Under the pieces are notes generated by a model. It ran no database searches. It saw only the letters and a list, made by a program, of their open reading frames with translations, and had not been told where the DNA came from. From Ramazzottius varieornatus (taxonomy: Eukaryota; Animalia; Tardigrada): 64,000 nucleotides of DNA. The first letter of the stretch is position 1; the number at the start of each line of letters is the position of its first letter. Where the stretch lies: the NCBI GenBank assembly GCA_001949185.1, contig BDGG01000004.1, positions 211,620-275,619 on the forward strand, read 5' to 3'. The translations under genes were made by a program, and so were the position numbers. Shown piece after piece: positions 34,525-46,686 of the stretch.

Positions 34525-37500
34525 CTTTTGCGGCATCGAAGTATTTCCTAAGATATCTCAATTAAAAACCAGATTTCAAAAGCATAATGCCGGCCTGGTA
34601 GGACCAGACCGCACACACAAAAAACAAACAAACAATATCTATGACACAGACAAAAGGCGGTTCTTCTTCGCATCTAAAATATTGTAAATCTCTTCCAAAG
34701 CTCGACTTTGAGCAAAAGTACCAAAAACACAAGCAGCATTTCCTCTTTGAATCCCAATGCTAATTTTTTGCTTCAAGACGAAAGAGATCTTGGTTCACCT
34801 GTCCTGTCCATGATCTTCTTACCAATCTTCTGGATGAGGTCCCTCGCTTCGTTCCCGAAAACACCGAAAGTCTCAAACCCCACCGCGCAGAACAGGTACC
34901 GTCCTTCCAGCTCCACGTACTTGGATCGTTTCTTTTCCTCAGCTTGGTTGGCAGCAAACCCAACCCTTTCGGTGGATCCCTGGAGATAGGTCTGTCCCAG
35001 AGTATCCACCACTGTAACGTCCCAGGCCAACGCCTTTCCCTGACACCAAGGCACGAGCGTCAGGCCATCCGGTCGCCTCCCGTCATCTCGTAGCAGTCCA
35101 TTCGGCTCTCTGATGTTATGCACCTGACAACTTGTCAGTGCACGATGGATGATGTCATTCAGAGCGTCGTGTCTGCTATGCCGTCCAGCACTGTTCTTAC
35201 AGGCGAGTCCGTGGCGTCCCAAGCCATCGACCTGCACTCCACATCGACAGGCATGCGGCTCGCACAGCTTGGCTCCAAGGCGTAGACCTACAGAAATTCT
35301 AAAACAATTGTCATCAAGAAGATTACCAAGGACTGAGACTGGCAAAGCGTCCAGCCAGGCTCCAGATTCTTTTGAGGAAACGGCATGGAGGCGGGCCTTC
35401 TCAGTAGGCGTGGATTGCTCTAGCGGGACTCGGAACTGACGTTCGACGATGGGTGTGTCCCACATCTTTCTTAATGATCGCATCAGGCTCGGCGGTGGCT
35501 CGACGTCGCAAATTGCACTCCACAAGGTGATTCCTTCGGCCGTAACTCCATCCAGGTCGGCTTCTGGGACGATCTGGGACACCAGGTGATGTGCCGCATG
35601 AACCGAAGCCAAGTAGGCGGGTAAAGCCAGCTCAGCAGCACACCTCAGTCGCAAACCTCCGTTAGCCACTGGCAGACTTGCTTGACGCCATGTGTCATCA
35701 TTCATGTCGATATTGGCAATCTTTGCTGCGCAAGACCGGATCGCGTCGTCGAAGTGTCTGAGGGACTGTTGGCACTTGTAAGCTGGGCTACAACGTAACA
35801 CGTAAAGCAACTTAGGGATACTCAGACAACTTTTCAACAAGAACAAAGCTTGGTGTGAAGAGATCTTCTCCAGGCGTAAAGTCATAAGCTCTGCAAGGGC
35901 CGTCTTCCCGTCCAGTACCTTGGGAATGGCTTCCGGGAAAAGTGGTGCACCTAAAAGGGTCAGGCTATGGCTCTCAGGAAGGAGGATACCCGGGCACTGA
36001 ACCTTCATCTTGGCAATGGCAGGTGTGCGTTCCCGGACCGTTTCACCGAAGGCGAATACCTCACACTTACTCATGTTGAGTTGCAAACCCAGAGCGGCAC
36101 CGGCACTGATGACTGTCTGTAAGTCAGCCGACACCTGTTCCAAGGTGCCACCGAGTGTTGCATCGTCCAAATACCACAGGTTGAACGGTGACGTGAGCGA
36201 CTTGGACAAGCTACGAGTAGCAAGACAAAACAGCAGCGGACCCAGAGGATCCCCTTGCTGGACACTGCACGCTGATTGCAGGACATGTTCACCATAGAGG
36301 AGGTTGGACGGTTGCCTGTAAAGCTGATACACAAAAGGGAAAAACTCAGAAAGGAGCCTGAGCACTTCCTGTAATAACCTGTCGCGAAACAAAGTATTAG
36401 ACGCATTACGAAAATCAAGCTTGAGGAGGACTTGACAGGTGCTATCGTGTTCCAGGAAGGCTCGAGTTGCATGGACAACTGCTTCGGCACCACCTTTCGT
36501 ACCGTAACCCAGCTGTTGGGGTCGAACCAACACTCCCATGGCTTCCATGACTCGTTTGCTTACTATCTTACCTGCCAGGCGACGTAGGGTTTGCCAACAG
36601 CGATCGGTCTAATGCCACCATCCTTCTTAAGAAGTGCTGTCAGAGAGGCTCCGTAAAGAACTGGGCAAATCTCATCAGGCACTTTTCCTTCCAGCATCAA
36701 CGTCATGAGGCAGGCAAGTTCGATGGAGGCAGGATCTCTTAATCCTCTCAACATGTCTTTGAGGTGCTGAGGTCTCAGTCCATCTGGGCCTCCGGCCGAT
36801 CCATTTGGAAAGCTGGTTACCGCTTGGAGGACTTCCTCGGCAGAGAATTGTCCAACCATGGGCATGAGGGACTGTTTCGGCGGAAACGACGGGTTATGCT
36901 GCTCGGCGGGATGCTTTGAGCGGAGTGCTTCCAACGTTTCCAAGGTGGGCGGGGTCATGACGTCATCCGAAGAAAGTATCCGGACGGCTCCACTGACGTC
37001 ACAATCCTTCAGCTTCTGCTCAACCCTTCTGTTCAGCAAAGAGTCCCCATCCATCTTCTTGTTACGCACCTTCTTGCTGTGTCCGGTCACTGTCACTTCG
37101 TTCATGGCAGGGCGGGACACATTCTCCTTCACGATCGACGTCAGGGATTTCTTCATTTGACTGTCTTTCTCAGGTTGCCGGAAGGCAATGGAGGGGAAGC
37201 GGAGAAGACTGGTCCAGCTATCGGCCGTGTTTGACCGGATACAGTCTCTAATCTTGCTGGCAAAAGCAGCTGCGGCCGTTGCTCTAGCTCCATGAGGGAT
37301 TCTGTGTAGGGTAGGGGGAGGACGCTTACCTAAAGCAGGGGGTTCTGGAAAAGAAACATTTACACGGGGTCTTAAGCTCTGCTCAAGAACAACTGTTCGA
37401 TCTGCCTGTGGCTTCTGCCTCTTCAAACATGGCCTCTTCCCCCGATGACTCTTCAGGTAGCCTTCACTCGCTGCTTTAAAACCACAAAGATCACAGACAA

Positions 37501-37551
37501 CGTCACCCCGAGAGTTGGGAGGCATTGGATGGGCAGATAACAAAAACAAAA
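34525..37551 (-). mobile_element. CRE-clade non-LTR retrotransposon (single ORF: Zn finger - RT - CCHC - restriction-like endonuclease), inactivated by two frameshifts
   Basis: Motifs: SAGGPDGLRPQHL, GGIRPIAVG, LKLDFRNA, VQQGDPLGPLLF, WYLDD, CRC...HGLAC, RHDALND, RRPDG, WDVT, EEKKRSKY, IQRGNA. Frameshifts at ~36590 and ~34775. Flanked by the direct repeat ATCGTAAAAA. Confidence 0.92.
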
Positions 37552-38779
37552 ATCGTAAAAAGTGCATGTTCGGTGCAAGACCACTGACTGGACAGCTGGT
37601 CCAGCTTGAATGTGGTTAACTGTACAAACAAGCCCAATATAACTTGCGCACACTCATGAATGAAAGGATTACTGCCCTCTTTCATACGTGGTCAAACTTG
37701 CGAACGACCTAATGTTTTATCTGGTCAAAGAAAGCTGACAGATTACTTTGCTGACAGAAAGACTACTGTGCTGTAAGGTTACAGTAGATTCCGAGTCGTT
37801 AGGAATAAGCTCAGCTGTAGAGAGCATTAGAGCGCGAGTGTGCATTGGACAGACCAGGGCGTTATTGATGTGTGTATTGACACGCATCGCTCTTCCTCAA
37901 CCTACCCGCCTTTTTGCGAGTTCGTATTGCACGATACAAACTTTTTCGCATAAATATGATACCATTAAATGGGAAATTTATATTTTTGAGCTATCTCAAA
38001 TCTTTAGGTTGCGTTGGCATATTTCGAGTTTGGCATCCGTTGTGCGTGTTTAAGCGAGGTCGCCTCGTGTTCGCCCATAGACCGCTATGATAAAGGCGGC
38101 TGGCTTGCACCGAACCTGCACTAAATCACAAGTACGTGTGAGAGTCAAACATCAAACTGAGCTTAACATTGCAGCTCTCCCTTTCTTGCCGCACGACATG
38201 ACTTCGTTATGTAGTGCGGCAAGCTGAAGGTGTCGCTTAGAACGACTTCTCTTCTGTAGAGTGGTGAGAACAGATAAATTGTCCCAACAACTTCTGGCCT
38301 AAGCATTGCAGGAATCCATGTCAAGTCCATATTTTGATGCGTTTTCGGATCTCTCGGCGACAAGTTGGGCAAAATTTAGGGACAAACTTATTTGACTCCT
38401 ATCGAGCCTTTCCTACGCCAACTCGTAGAGAATACGAAAGGGCATGGTGTAGTAATTCTGCCGCACGTCGCCGTGGAGCAAAGTCTCAGAAGACTGTTCT
38501 TCCTTTCGGGAAGTTTTTCCGTAACATTCTGGGTGCGATTATGAGCTGCGATACCCCCCCCATATGGGGCTTTGTGTTTAAACAAATGCAGGCGCATGAT
38601 TATGCTGTTGACGTCACTTTGACGTCACGTGACTACTGGTCAGACGACCAGATGAACCCCAGCATCATGCTCCTCGGCGTTCGATACACTATATTGCATC
38701 AGCAGTTTAACTTTGCTTTTGGGGTCCCAAAATTTAGAACCCGTTTCTGAGCAATTGGACTGGAGATAGTTTGTCCTCA

Positions 38780-41200
38780 CAAGGGATTAACGCCAGTCTG
38801 TCCACTCTGATCCTCAAACCAATATGATAGCATGATAGAGCAGAGTTTGCTCCACAAACTGAGATAAACTAAATCGGCGAAATAAAATCCTGAAAGACGC
38901 CACAGGAAGCGGAGGTGACGTCAAATTCAGGGCGGATCACCAGTGTGACAGCAAATCAACTGATTTGATTGCCTGATGGTTGATTTGATATTGATTGAAC
39001 CAGTTGCGCTTGTACTCTACGCTAAGCCAAGCGCAATCAGTTGTGCTGTGCCTGATGCTTCATTGCTCTTACATTCATCGTTCCGTTACTGCGTGATTTC
39101 CACTGTCGCCCGAAATGGATTCCGTTAATCCGATGAATGTGTTGAAGCTTCTGGAGGAGAACTACAAGCAGCTCTTCCAACTGGATGGACAACCGAGCGA
39201 GGCTGATAAGCAGTTAAAAGGACTCGTCAAAGGTATTGTACTGTTGCCGTTTACTATGGCTGACATTGATATGAGATATTCCACCTTTCTGTTTCTGTTT
39301 CTGTTTCAGAATTTATGGATATCAAAATCATCCGAGCAGGTAGTTCTTCGTTGGCACTTGAAGAAGACCTGCAATATGAACTGCAAACAGACATGCAGAC
39401 GTTCGACGAGATCGAGAAGTTGGTTGCTGCGTCTAATCAGCTGGCTGAACCCGACGAAAATCCTAGCCAAGAAGATCAAGTCGTCGAGCCTCTCTCCAGT
39501 GGAACGGAACCATCGTCCAACGAATTCTATGTCCAGCGAATACCGAACCCAAAACAGCCGCCAAGTAACGCAGTCACCCTTGACTACAAGAAACGCTCCG
39601 TCGATTTCTGGAGGAATGTCGCTACGAAGAAACGACGTAGCCTTTCGTGTGTCCAGACCAAGTTCAAGAAAGTCACAAGTATTCGACAACTCCAAGAATG
39701 GGAACGGCATGTTGCTGAGGGCGGTTCCAGATATGATAAGCTGAAGGCGCTGCGTTTGGAGACTGGCAAGCAGTTCTTCCTGGCCAAGCAGAAGCCTCAT
39801 ATTGCGAAAGATATGGATATTCGACGTTGGGCTGTTACTGCGAACCGAACCATTGGCCTGGTAGGTTTCACGGCGTCTCCGGACTGGGTGGGAAAGTTGA
39901 AGAGGTAAACACATTGAAGTATTAAAATGAAATATGTATCATTGCTTACGCAGATCACTTCAACCGAGAATTTCGCTCACGAGTTACTGCGCCATACTAA
40001 CGGGGTCGATATTGTAGGAATTACGGCATCGTCGATCGGAAGATCACCAAGTTCGTGACCGACAAGTACATTCAAGAAGCTCCGCAAGTAAAGAAAACTG
40101 CGGAGGAGTGTGTCGCCCTTGTCAGATCGAGGATCTCAGATTACGGCTTGGACTGTATGTGGAACACGGATCAGTCTGGGTTCGATTACGAGATGAGACC
40201 AGGGCGCACACTGCATCTGGCCGGCGCAAAACATGTTCTTGCGATCTGTCAGTCGGAGAACTCCATGACGCATAGCTACACGGTCATGATGACCATTTCG
40301 CCCGGCACGCGCAAGTTTCTCCCACAACTGTGGATCACTCTCCAGGAGGACAAAGGCGTTTTCGGTCCTATTGTGGCAAGGACAATGTTTAAAGCTGACA
40401 ACCTGTATGTCACTGCTTCGGCTTCGGGCAAGATGACAAAGAAGCTCTACTTGGAATGGTGTGAAAAGATATTGTTTTCTCATGTGGAAGATCGCTGCAT
40501 TCTACTGGCCGATTCGTTGAAAACCTATTCTGACCAGGAAGCTGTTTTGGAATTCAAGCCTGAAGAACTGGAATACGAAATGATCACGATTCCTCCGAAA
40601 GTGACTGGTGATATCCAACCACTGGACAGACTCTTCCGAATGTATAAAGACTTCTTCCGGAAGATCTCCAGTTTCATCATTTTGCACAGCCTTCCACTTC
40701 AAGTTCATCATCGAGACGTAATCCTCAAGATGCATTCTTTGGTTTACCAACAGTTCGCTAGGTCTCCCCGGTTTGGAGACCTAGCGAACCAGGCCTGGCA
40801 TCTGCGCGGCTATACCGACGAGTCCTTTGACTATGTAAATCCTACCGAATTCTCTTTCCCCAAGAAGTTGACTGGTCATTGCGACCATCAAAACTGGGAC
40901 GACCGGCTTTTGCTTAAGTGCGGCTGGTGCAAAGCTCCTCTCTGCTTCCATCACTTCTACGATCAGTATCACCTCTGTAAAATTTATCTTCCATGAGTTC
41001 TGTGAAATTTTAGACTGTGCTAGTATAGTTGGTCATGTCATGTCGATGTAAGAATTTGACGTCACTTCCGCTTCCTGTGGCGTCTTTCAGGATTTTATTG
41101 CGCCGATTTAGTTTATCTCAGTTTGTGGAGCAAACTCTGCTCTATCGTGCTATCATATTGGTTTGAGGATCAGAGTGGACAGACTGGCGTTAATCCCTTG
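38780..41200 (+). mobile_element. Autonomous Tc5-like (pogo/Tc1-mariner superfamily) DNA transposon
   Basis: TIRs of 149 bp (38780-38928 and 41052-41200) start with CAAGGG. The TCA duplication (38777-38779, 41201-41203) reconstructs a CTCAG target. Confidence 0.93.
39115..40996 (+). CDS. Tc5-like DDD transposase, 563 aa. Exons 39115-39232, 39310-39904, 40018-40996
   Basis: Two GT-AG introns splice in frame (1692 nt in total). Contains an HTH-CENPB-like FTASPDWVGKLKR, the catalytic WNTDQSG / LLADS / IQPLD, and a C-terminal CGWC...LCFHHF...HLC domain. Confidence 0.9.
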
Positions 41201-41244
41201 TCAGACTGGGCCGCCGATACCCAAGTCGTGTGCAAGCTGCTTAC

Positions 41245-41799
41245 TAGACCTGGAAAAAGTGTGATTAAGTGTGGTGTTTTTCGGCTTGGTATTCTTACAC
41301 ACCGAAACCACTTTTGCGGTGCGAAAGTCACACCACTTTTTTCAGTGTGATGTGAATCGGACACCACTCTTTTGGTGCACCACACCACACCAAAGCGAAA
41401 AACCGAAAAAGCAAAACTTGTACTTCATAACCGCTAGGGAGCAAACCTTGGCGTAACACAGATGTACAAACAGAAACCGAATGACAACAATGCACACACC
41501 GAAGCTAAACCTGACATCAGCATGCTTAATTCTACTGGTCCTGTCGGTTTTCCCTGTATATTTTGGCCACTCAAAGCGTGTCATGCTCCGCCTTAGTTCC
41601 CGATCAAGGCATGCCTTCCTGCGAAATAGTGCACCAGAAGTTTTTCGGTTTGGTGTAATGTGGTGTCCTCGAACACCGAAACCGAAAATTCGGTCTGGAA
41701 CGGACACCACGTTTTTCGATTTGGTGTTCTGCGCACACCGAAACCAAAAGTGTGATTTTTTTGGTGTGGTGTGGTAAAACCACACCATTGCCAGGTCTA
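41245..41799. mobile_element. hAT-type MITE
   Basis: Ends TAGACCTGG / CCAGGTCTA. Perfect 8-bp TSD CTGCTTAC (41237-41244 and 41800-41807). Many CACACC/GGTGTG and ACCGAAA subterminal repeats. Confidence 0.9.
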
Positions 41800-41826
41800 C
41801 TGCTTACCCAAAAACGAGGCGGTGCT

Positions 41827-42822
41827 TTAGCAACACAAAGCTCCTCTCAAGGCTTCCCGAAAACTCTTAACAGTAAACAAGCATGACAAAGGATCAAATA
41901 TGGAACTCAAAGTATACAGAACTGCAACAACTGGGTACATTCCGTGTACTCGGAAGCCGAAGGTCATGAGTGTGTAGTAAATCCGGATGGGCAGTAGCAG
42001 TGTCAGGACCACCAGTATAAGTGACGTCACGGTCAGGAGACAAGGTAGCCCGGGGAATTCCGGGATCAAGTCCGTGTTTCGCGTTTGCAGACCGATGTCT
42101 CGAGCTCCTCGCTACTGCGGGTTGGGCAACGTCCGGGACGGAAGGATTGATGCGAAAAGCCTTGCTCCGAGAACGAGTGAGTACTTTACTCAGGATAAAT
42201 GGATAGACGAAACACATCAAGACGACGGGAAGGTCGAACAGTACGATGTTGACAGCGATGTCAAAAGCCAGGACACCCGTCATTGCGGTCAAACACCGAA
42301 ACATAGCAGATCTCCCAGTCAAATGAGATGAGTCGACAAAACTTCTGGCGAATATCCAGACGTTGATGTAGAGCCAAATTGCAGCGCACAGAAGAATGGG
42401 TCTCTTGACTGAGCTGGAGAGATGGAACTCTCGGTAAGAGTGCGGCCACATCACAGCCCATAGCCGATTCAATGCTATGAGCACGTGAGGAAGTCAAGAG
42501 CGGCGCCTCCAACATGGTTGAGGTACTGGAGAAACGCACAAATGGCACAGGCGGAAAACGGTACGGAAAAAAGTCGTCCACCGTCTTGACGATGAAGACT
42601 ACTGAAGGGAACAACAGGTTAGCGGCGCACAGGTTTGAGCGTAGCAAGCCTGCTAAACAATGCAATTACCAACAGATTTAGTACACAAGCACATAGGTCG
42701 ATAAATAGGGATATGGTTGTCCGGTAGTTCCACGCAGGTTGAAACCGAAGGGTATCATTTCCCGTTCGGAGGTCGGCATCGCTTGTTTGATTGTCGAGCA
42801 ATACTTGGAAGCCTGAGCCCAT
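41827..42822 (-). pseudogene. Intronless orphan class A GPCR pseudogene (several frameshifts)
   Basis: TM segments are spread over at least four frames: LCACVLNLLVI, NLCAANLL, LIALNRLWAVMWPHSY, LFDLPVVLMCFVYPFI, SSIFDPLSCLF. Confidence 0.75.
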
Positions 42823-43140
42823 CTTCAGAAATGCCGGCAGTACAGAAATAGCTGAACTGCGATCCTAGTTTAACAATCGCCACGAAACGAAGCTATTACC
42901 ACAAGAGCCAAGAAATGGTGGAAGCTGGCAGGAAGTTGATATATAAAACCCTGGCATGCGGCTGCGATACGTAGATATCAGAAAATCCAAAAGCTGGTTA
43001 GGGAAGCAGCCTGTCGGTGGATGAGATTGATTGACGACCTCTTAGATGAGGTAATTCTAACACCAGACGCAACGCCCCAAGAGTGAAACGTTCATTTTCC
43101 GCCGCTTCATCGTTAAAACCCGTGTGTGCAGCTTTTACTA

Positions 43141-43338
43141 CACGCACGATGGGAAATTATGGAACAATAAAATATGGGACAGGCAGAAAGCGACGGCGAA
43201 ACGGAAATTCTACCGTAGAAAAGTATTAAAAAGTACATTAGGGTGAATCAGGTGTGAACGTACGTGCTTCCGTGCCGCCGTAGCGAAAAGGCCTGTCCCA
43301 TACTTTTTACTGTCCCATAATTACCCATCGTGAGCGTG
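43141..43338. repeat. Small MITE-like inverted repeat
   Basis: CACGATGGGAAATTATGGAACA...TATGGGACAGGC / GCCTGTCCCATA...TGTCCCATAATTACCCATCGTG. Confidence 0.7.
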
Positions 43339-43480
43339 AGTGAACGTTTGCCGAATTAAATGTCGCCCCTGCAGAAACGTACGATAATTGATGTGAACCT
43401 CTCTCGTTTGACGGGCCGACGTGAAACGACAAAATGTCAAGATGTCTGGAATCTGGACTGTCTTGCAAAGGTAGAACGTA

Positions 43481-44580
43481 CAGTGCGGATGGGCCAACTG
43501 ACTACCACCTCACGATATTCACGGCGCTGTCGACTGCGTGTAGGCTGGTCCTCACAACTATTTTTCCTTTATTTGGTATCCCTGTTGCTACTCTTTAAAA
43601 ATAACTTGCCCAGAAACATTGTCTATACGAAGTCGAGTATCAACCCAGAACTAGGGAGGGTGCAGCCGCGTAGCTGCTCCGAGGCGAACTTTCCACTGTT
43701 TCTCCCTCGGGAAAATATCGATTTTCTCTCCTCTGCTCTTTTGTACTAGAACTGTTGATTGCAAATTGTTTAACGGTAGCCTGACTTCCGGGAAAGATAC
43801 AGTACTGCTTCTGTATCACTTGTTGATTCGCTGATACAGCTACTGTATCGAAATTGGGCCGAAATACAGGGTGCGCGCCTGAAAACAAGGTTTCCCGAAA
43901 TATTTTGGAATCTTTTCCGGCAACTAAAAGCATGAACGAGAAGCCAATAATTGATCTTTCGAAATTAGGAACGCTTTTGGACAGACTTGGGGAAACGTGA
44001 GTGGGGAAAGACTTTTAGCAAAAAACTGGGTTCGTGAGAATCGGCCACTTTTTTTGATTTTGAGAGAACTACAGAAAATTCTCATGCACTTGTTTGACAG
44101 GGCCTTGCAACTTTGGCACCCAAAAGCATTAGTCCAGAGACTTGGCTACATGACAAGCGGTCGTNNNNNNNNNNNNNNNNNNNNNNNNNNNNNNNNNNNN
44201 NNNNNNNNNNNNNNGCGGGCAAATGGTCAATTCGACGGTCTTAATTCATTAATCAACTTGGTTTGACTCCTCTTGCGATCTTCTTTATTTTCTTACAAGA
44301 ACCCGGATAGTCTTCATCCGTCAAAATCGAACTGGGGAAAGATAATTGCGCATGGAGTTCTAGAGTGTCCGATTTGTTCCTGCCGAAAACTCTCCCTCAC
44401 CGAAATCATTCCAATCAGCTTTTGCGACCAAGGTCTCACTGCACACCAACAAGCTATAGCTCAGCGCAAGCAGCGTGGGAAAGTTGCACATATCATGTGA
44501 AAGAACGAAAGAAAAGCAGACAGTCTGATTTTTTTCTACGCCAATGTGCCAGGTGGTAGTCACTTGGCCCATCCGCACTG
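43481..44580. mobile_element. Complete non-autonomous Tc1/mariner-type element
   Basis: TIRs of 30 bp, CAGTGCGGATGGGCCAA[C/G]TGACTACCACCT, with TA at 43479-43480 and 44581-44582. Confidence 0.9.
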
Positions 44581-45283
44581 TACATAGGTAGTTCCGTCCA
44601 TACCAAACTTGCTATTATATTCAAAATATGATGGGAATGTATTATGGTCCATTTTTTTCGTCGTTTTGAAGTACAAGTCTGAATTCAATTCCTGAGTCAA
44701 GTCTACGCATTTTAGTTATACTTTCGTGAAATTCAGTTTTACTCCCTTTCGGGGAACCACGCTCCCAGACCTAGATTTGCTATTTTGAACCAGGGGAAAT
44801 AGAAACGATCTCCTTACGACGAATTACCAGAACTAGATAACACAGACAGTTGAATCCTGATTACAAGGATTCTGGTTGAAAAAATGTCGTTGTTACTTCT
44901 GTCGGTTTTAAGGACATCTGTTCCTGTAAGCGTTTGGATCAGTTTTAAGCAAACTACTGTAACTCGCATTTGGCAAGACGTGCCACCGCGATGTTTGTTT
45001 TTCCTCTGGCACGCTGAACCGCAGGAAGTGAATTGCGTCGAGCTGCATACGTCCATTTAATCAAAACTTGGGCAACCTTCGATCACTGCGATGGATGCGC
45101 TGCCTTATTGGTAGAGTTTTCCCATCTGCGCTTGTTGGCCCGTAGATTCCGACGTCAGCGATACGCTACAGTAAACCGGTCTAATTTCCCGCGCGCAAAA
45201 GTCTCTCCATTTAGGGAGGCTTTATAAGAACTGCTATCGCTGAAAACAGCACGGATTAGTTCATCTTTCCGAGCAGCGAAGCT

Positions 45284-46530
45284 ATGGAGAACTTCACCTG
45301 GAAAGTGCTGGCTGTAAACTGCTCCAACTCGACCATCTTTGCTTTAGCGAATTTTAGCAGCTCGCTCTCTGGCACTACGATAGTTTGGACGACGGCATAC
45401 ATTATCAACTTCGTAATCAAGCTTTCGGCGCTGCTGATTAACGCAACCTTACTCATCCTGTTCCTGAAGTGCAAATCAACTCGCACTCCGTTCAATGTGT
45501 ACCTTTTCAACCTCAGTTTCGCCAATACAGCGCACGTGTTCTTTTACTATTCCTTGACCTTAATCAACGACTTCGTGCATTTCCGAGGCCCTCCGCCACA
45601 TGCGCTCTGTATCGCATTTCGTTCCAGCAACCAGCTCTTCAGCGTAGGCATCACGAACTCACACTTCCTCTCATCGCTCTCAACCGTTTCTGGGCAGTTG
45701 TCAGTCCTATTTCGTACCGTCATTACCACCAAGGATCCACGCTCCGACGACCGCTTTTACTATGCTTAGCTATGTGGGTTTATGTACTCATTCTGATCTG
45801 CCCTACCTTCGCACTGGATATGACCCTGCCACGGTCTTCATCCGAAACCTCACACTGCTCTTTGTATCCCCGCGGGACGCGGTCGTGGCTGCTTCCAGCT
45901 ATCATCACAGGCTACGATATCCCTATCGGTCTGATTCTCCTAGTGTACCCATTCATCTGCTACAAAACCGTTGCCGCTGCTCGAGTGCGGCAGGTTAATG
46001 TGCCACGTCCGAGTGGACAAGGTGCAGAATTGCAGTAGGAGTACTAAGCAGAAATTTGCATGCATCCCGTTTGATAAGCTACTGTGTGAACTAAGTTATA
46101 CGTCATAGGCTACACGCTAACAGATTTTGTGGTGACTCGCAACTAAGGTTGGTACTATGGTTTTGACATTTTAGGTGCAAGTGGACGCCGGCGAAGCAGT
46201 AGACGCATCACAGAAAACGCTGAAGCTCCAGCCGCGACAAAAAGCTCTTCGGCCGAGCATTCGGTCGCCCCGGTTGCCCTTTGTGGAAGAGCTTTTCAGT
46301 TCCGTTTTCGTCGAAAGGAAAGTCAGTTCTTGACGTTGTCACTTCTTACTGTCAACGTGGGAGTCCTGCTGTATCCGTCGCCATTTTGGTTCACGTTAGC
46401 TATCGCCGGATTGAAACCGCCACCCGTCTTTCATATCGTGACACTTCTTCATTCTGTTGCGGCAGTTGTCGATCCATTACTTTTTTTAATTTCCGTGGAT
46501 TGGTTGCGAACAGCTCTGCGCATCTGTTGA
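45284..46530 (+). pseudogene. Orphan class A GPCR, paralog of 41827-42822. One frameshift at ~45668; intron 46022-46174
   Basis: Motifs: LINATLLILF, TPFNVYLFNLSFAN, LIALNRFWAVVSPISY, YDIPIGLILLVYPFI, AAVVDPLLFL. An extra TC in CTCTCATC breaks the frame. Confidence 0.75.
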
Positions 46531-46686
46531 TTACTGAGTATTTTTCGGGTGATCGATCGCACACTATACCAACCACCCAAAAACAATCGTTTGTATGTTC
46601 AACTGGCTCGCAAAACATGCGCTCGAAGGAGAGTGAACCAATACATCAGACACGAATCGAATGACGAACACTGGTGAGGAAAACGG

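Noticed and set aside
34773-37567. Two-ORF (ORF1/ORF2) or programmed-frameshift organisation of the retrotransposon
   Set aside because: The break falls inside the conserved RPIAVG-N-TLRRL motif and a single-base loss explains it. CRE-type elements have one ORF.
41245-41799. CRISPR-like or regulatory array of CACACC/ACCGAAA motifs (also 62783-63349 and 7524-8039)
   Set aside because: The short motifs are irregular and lie inside TIR-bounded elements (8-bp TSDs intact at 41245 and 7524). They are hAT subterminal repeats, with no repeat-spacer periodicity.
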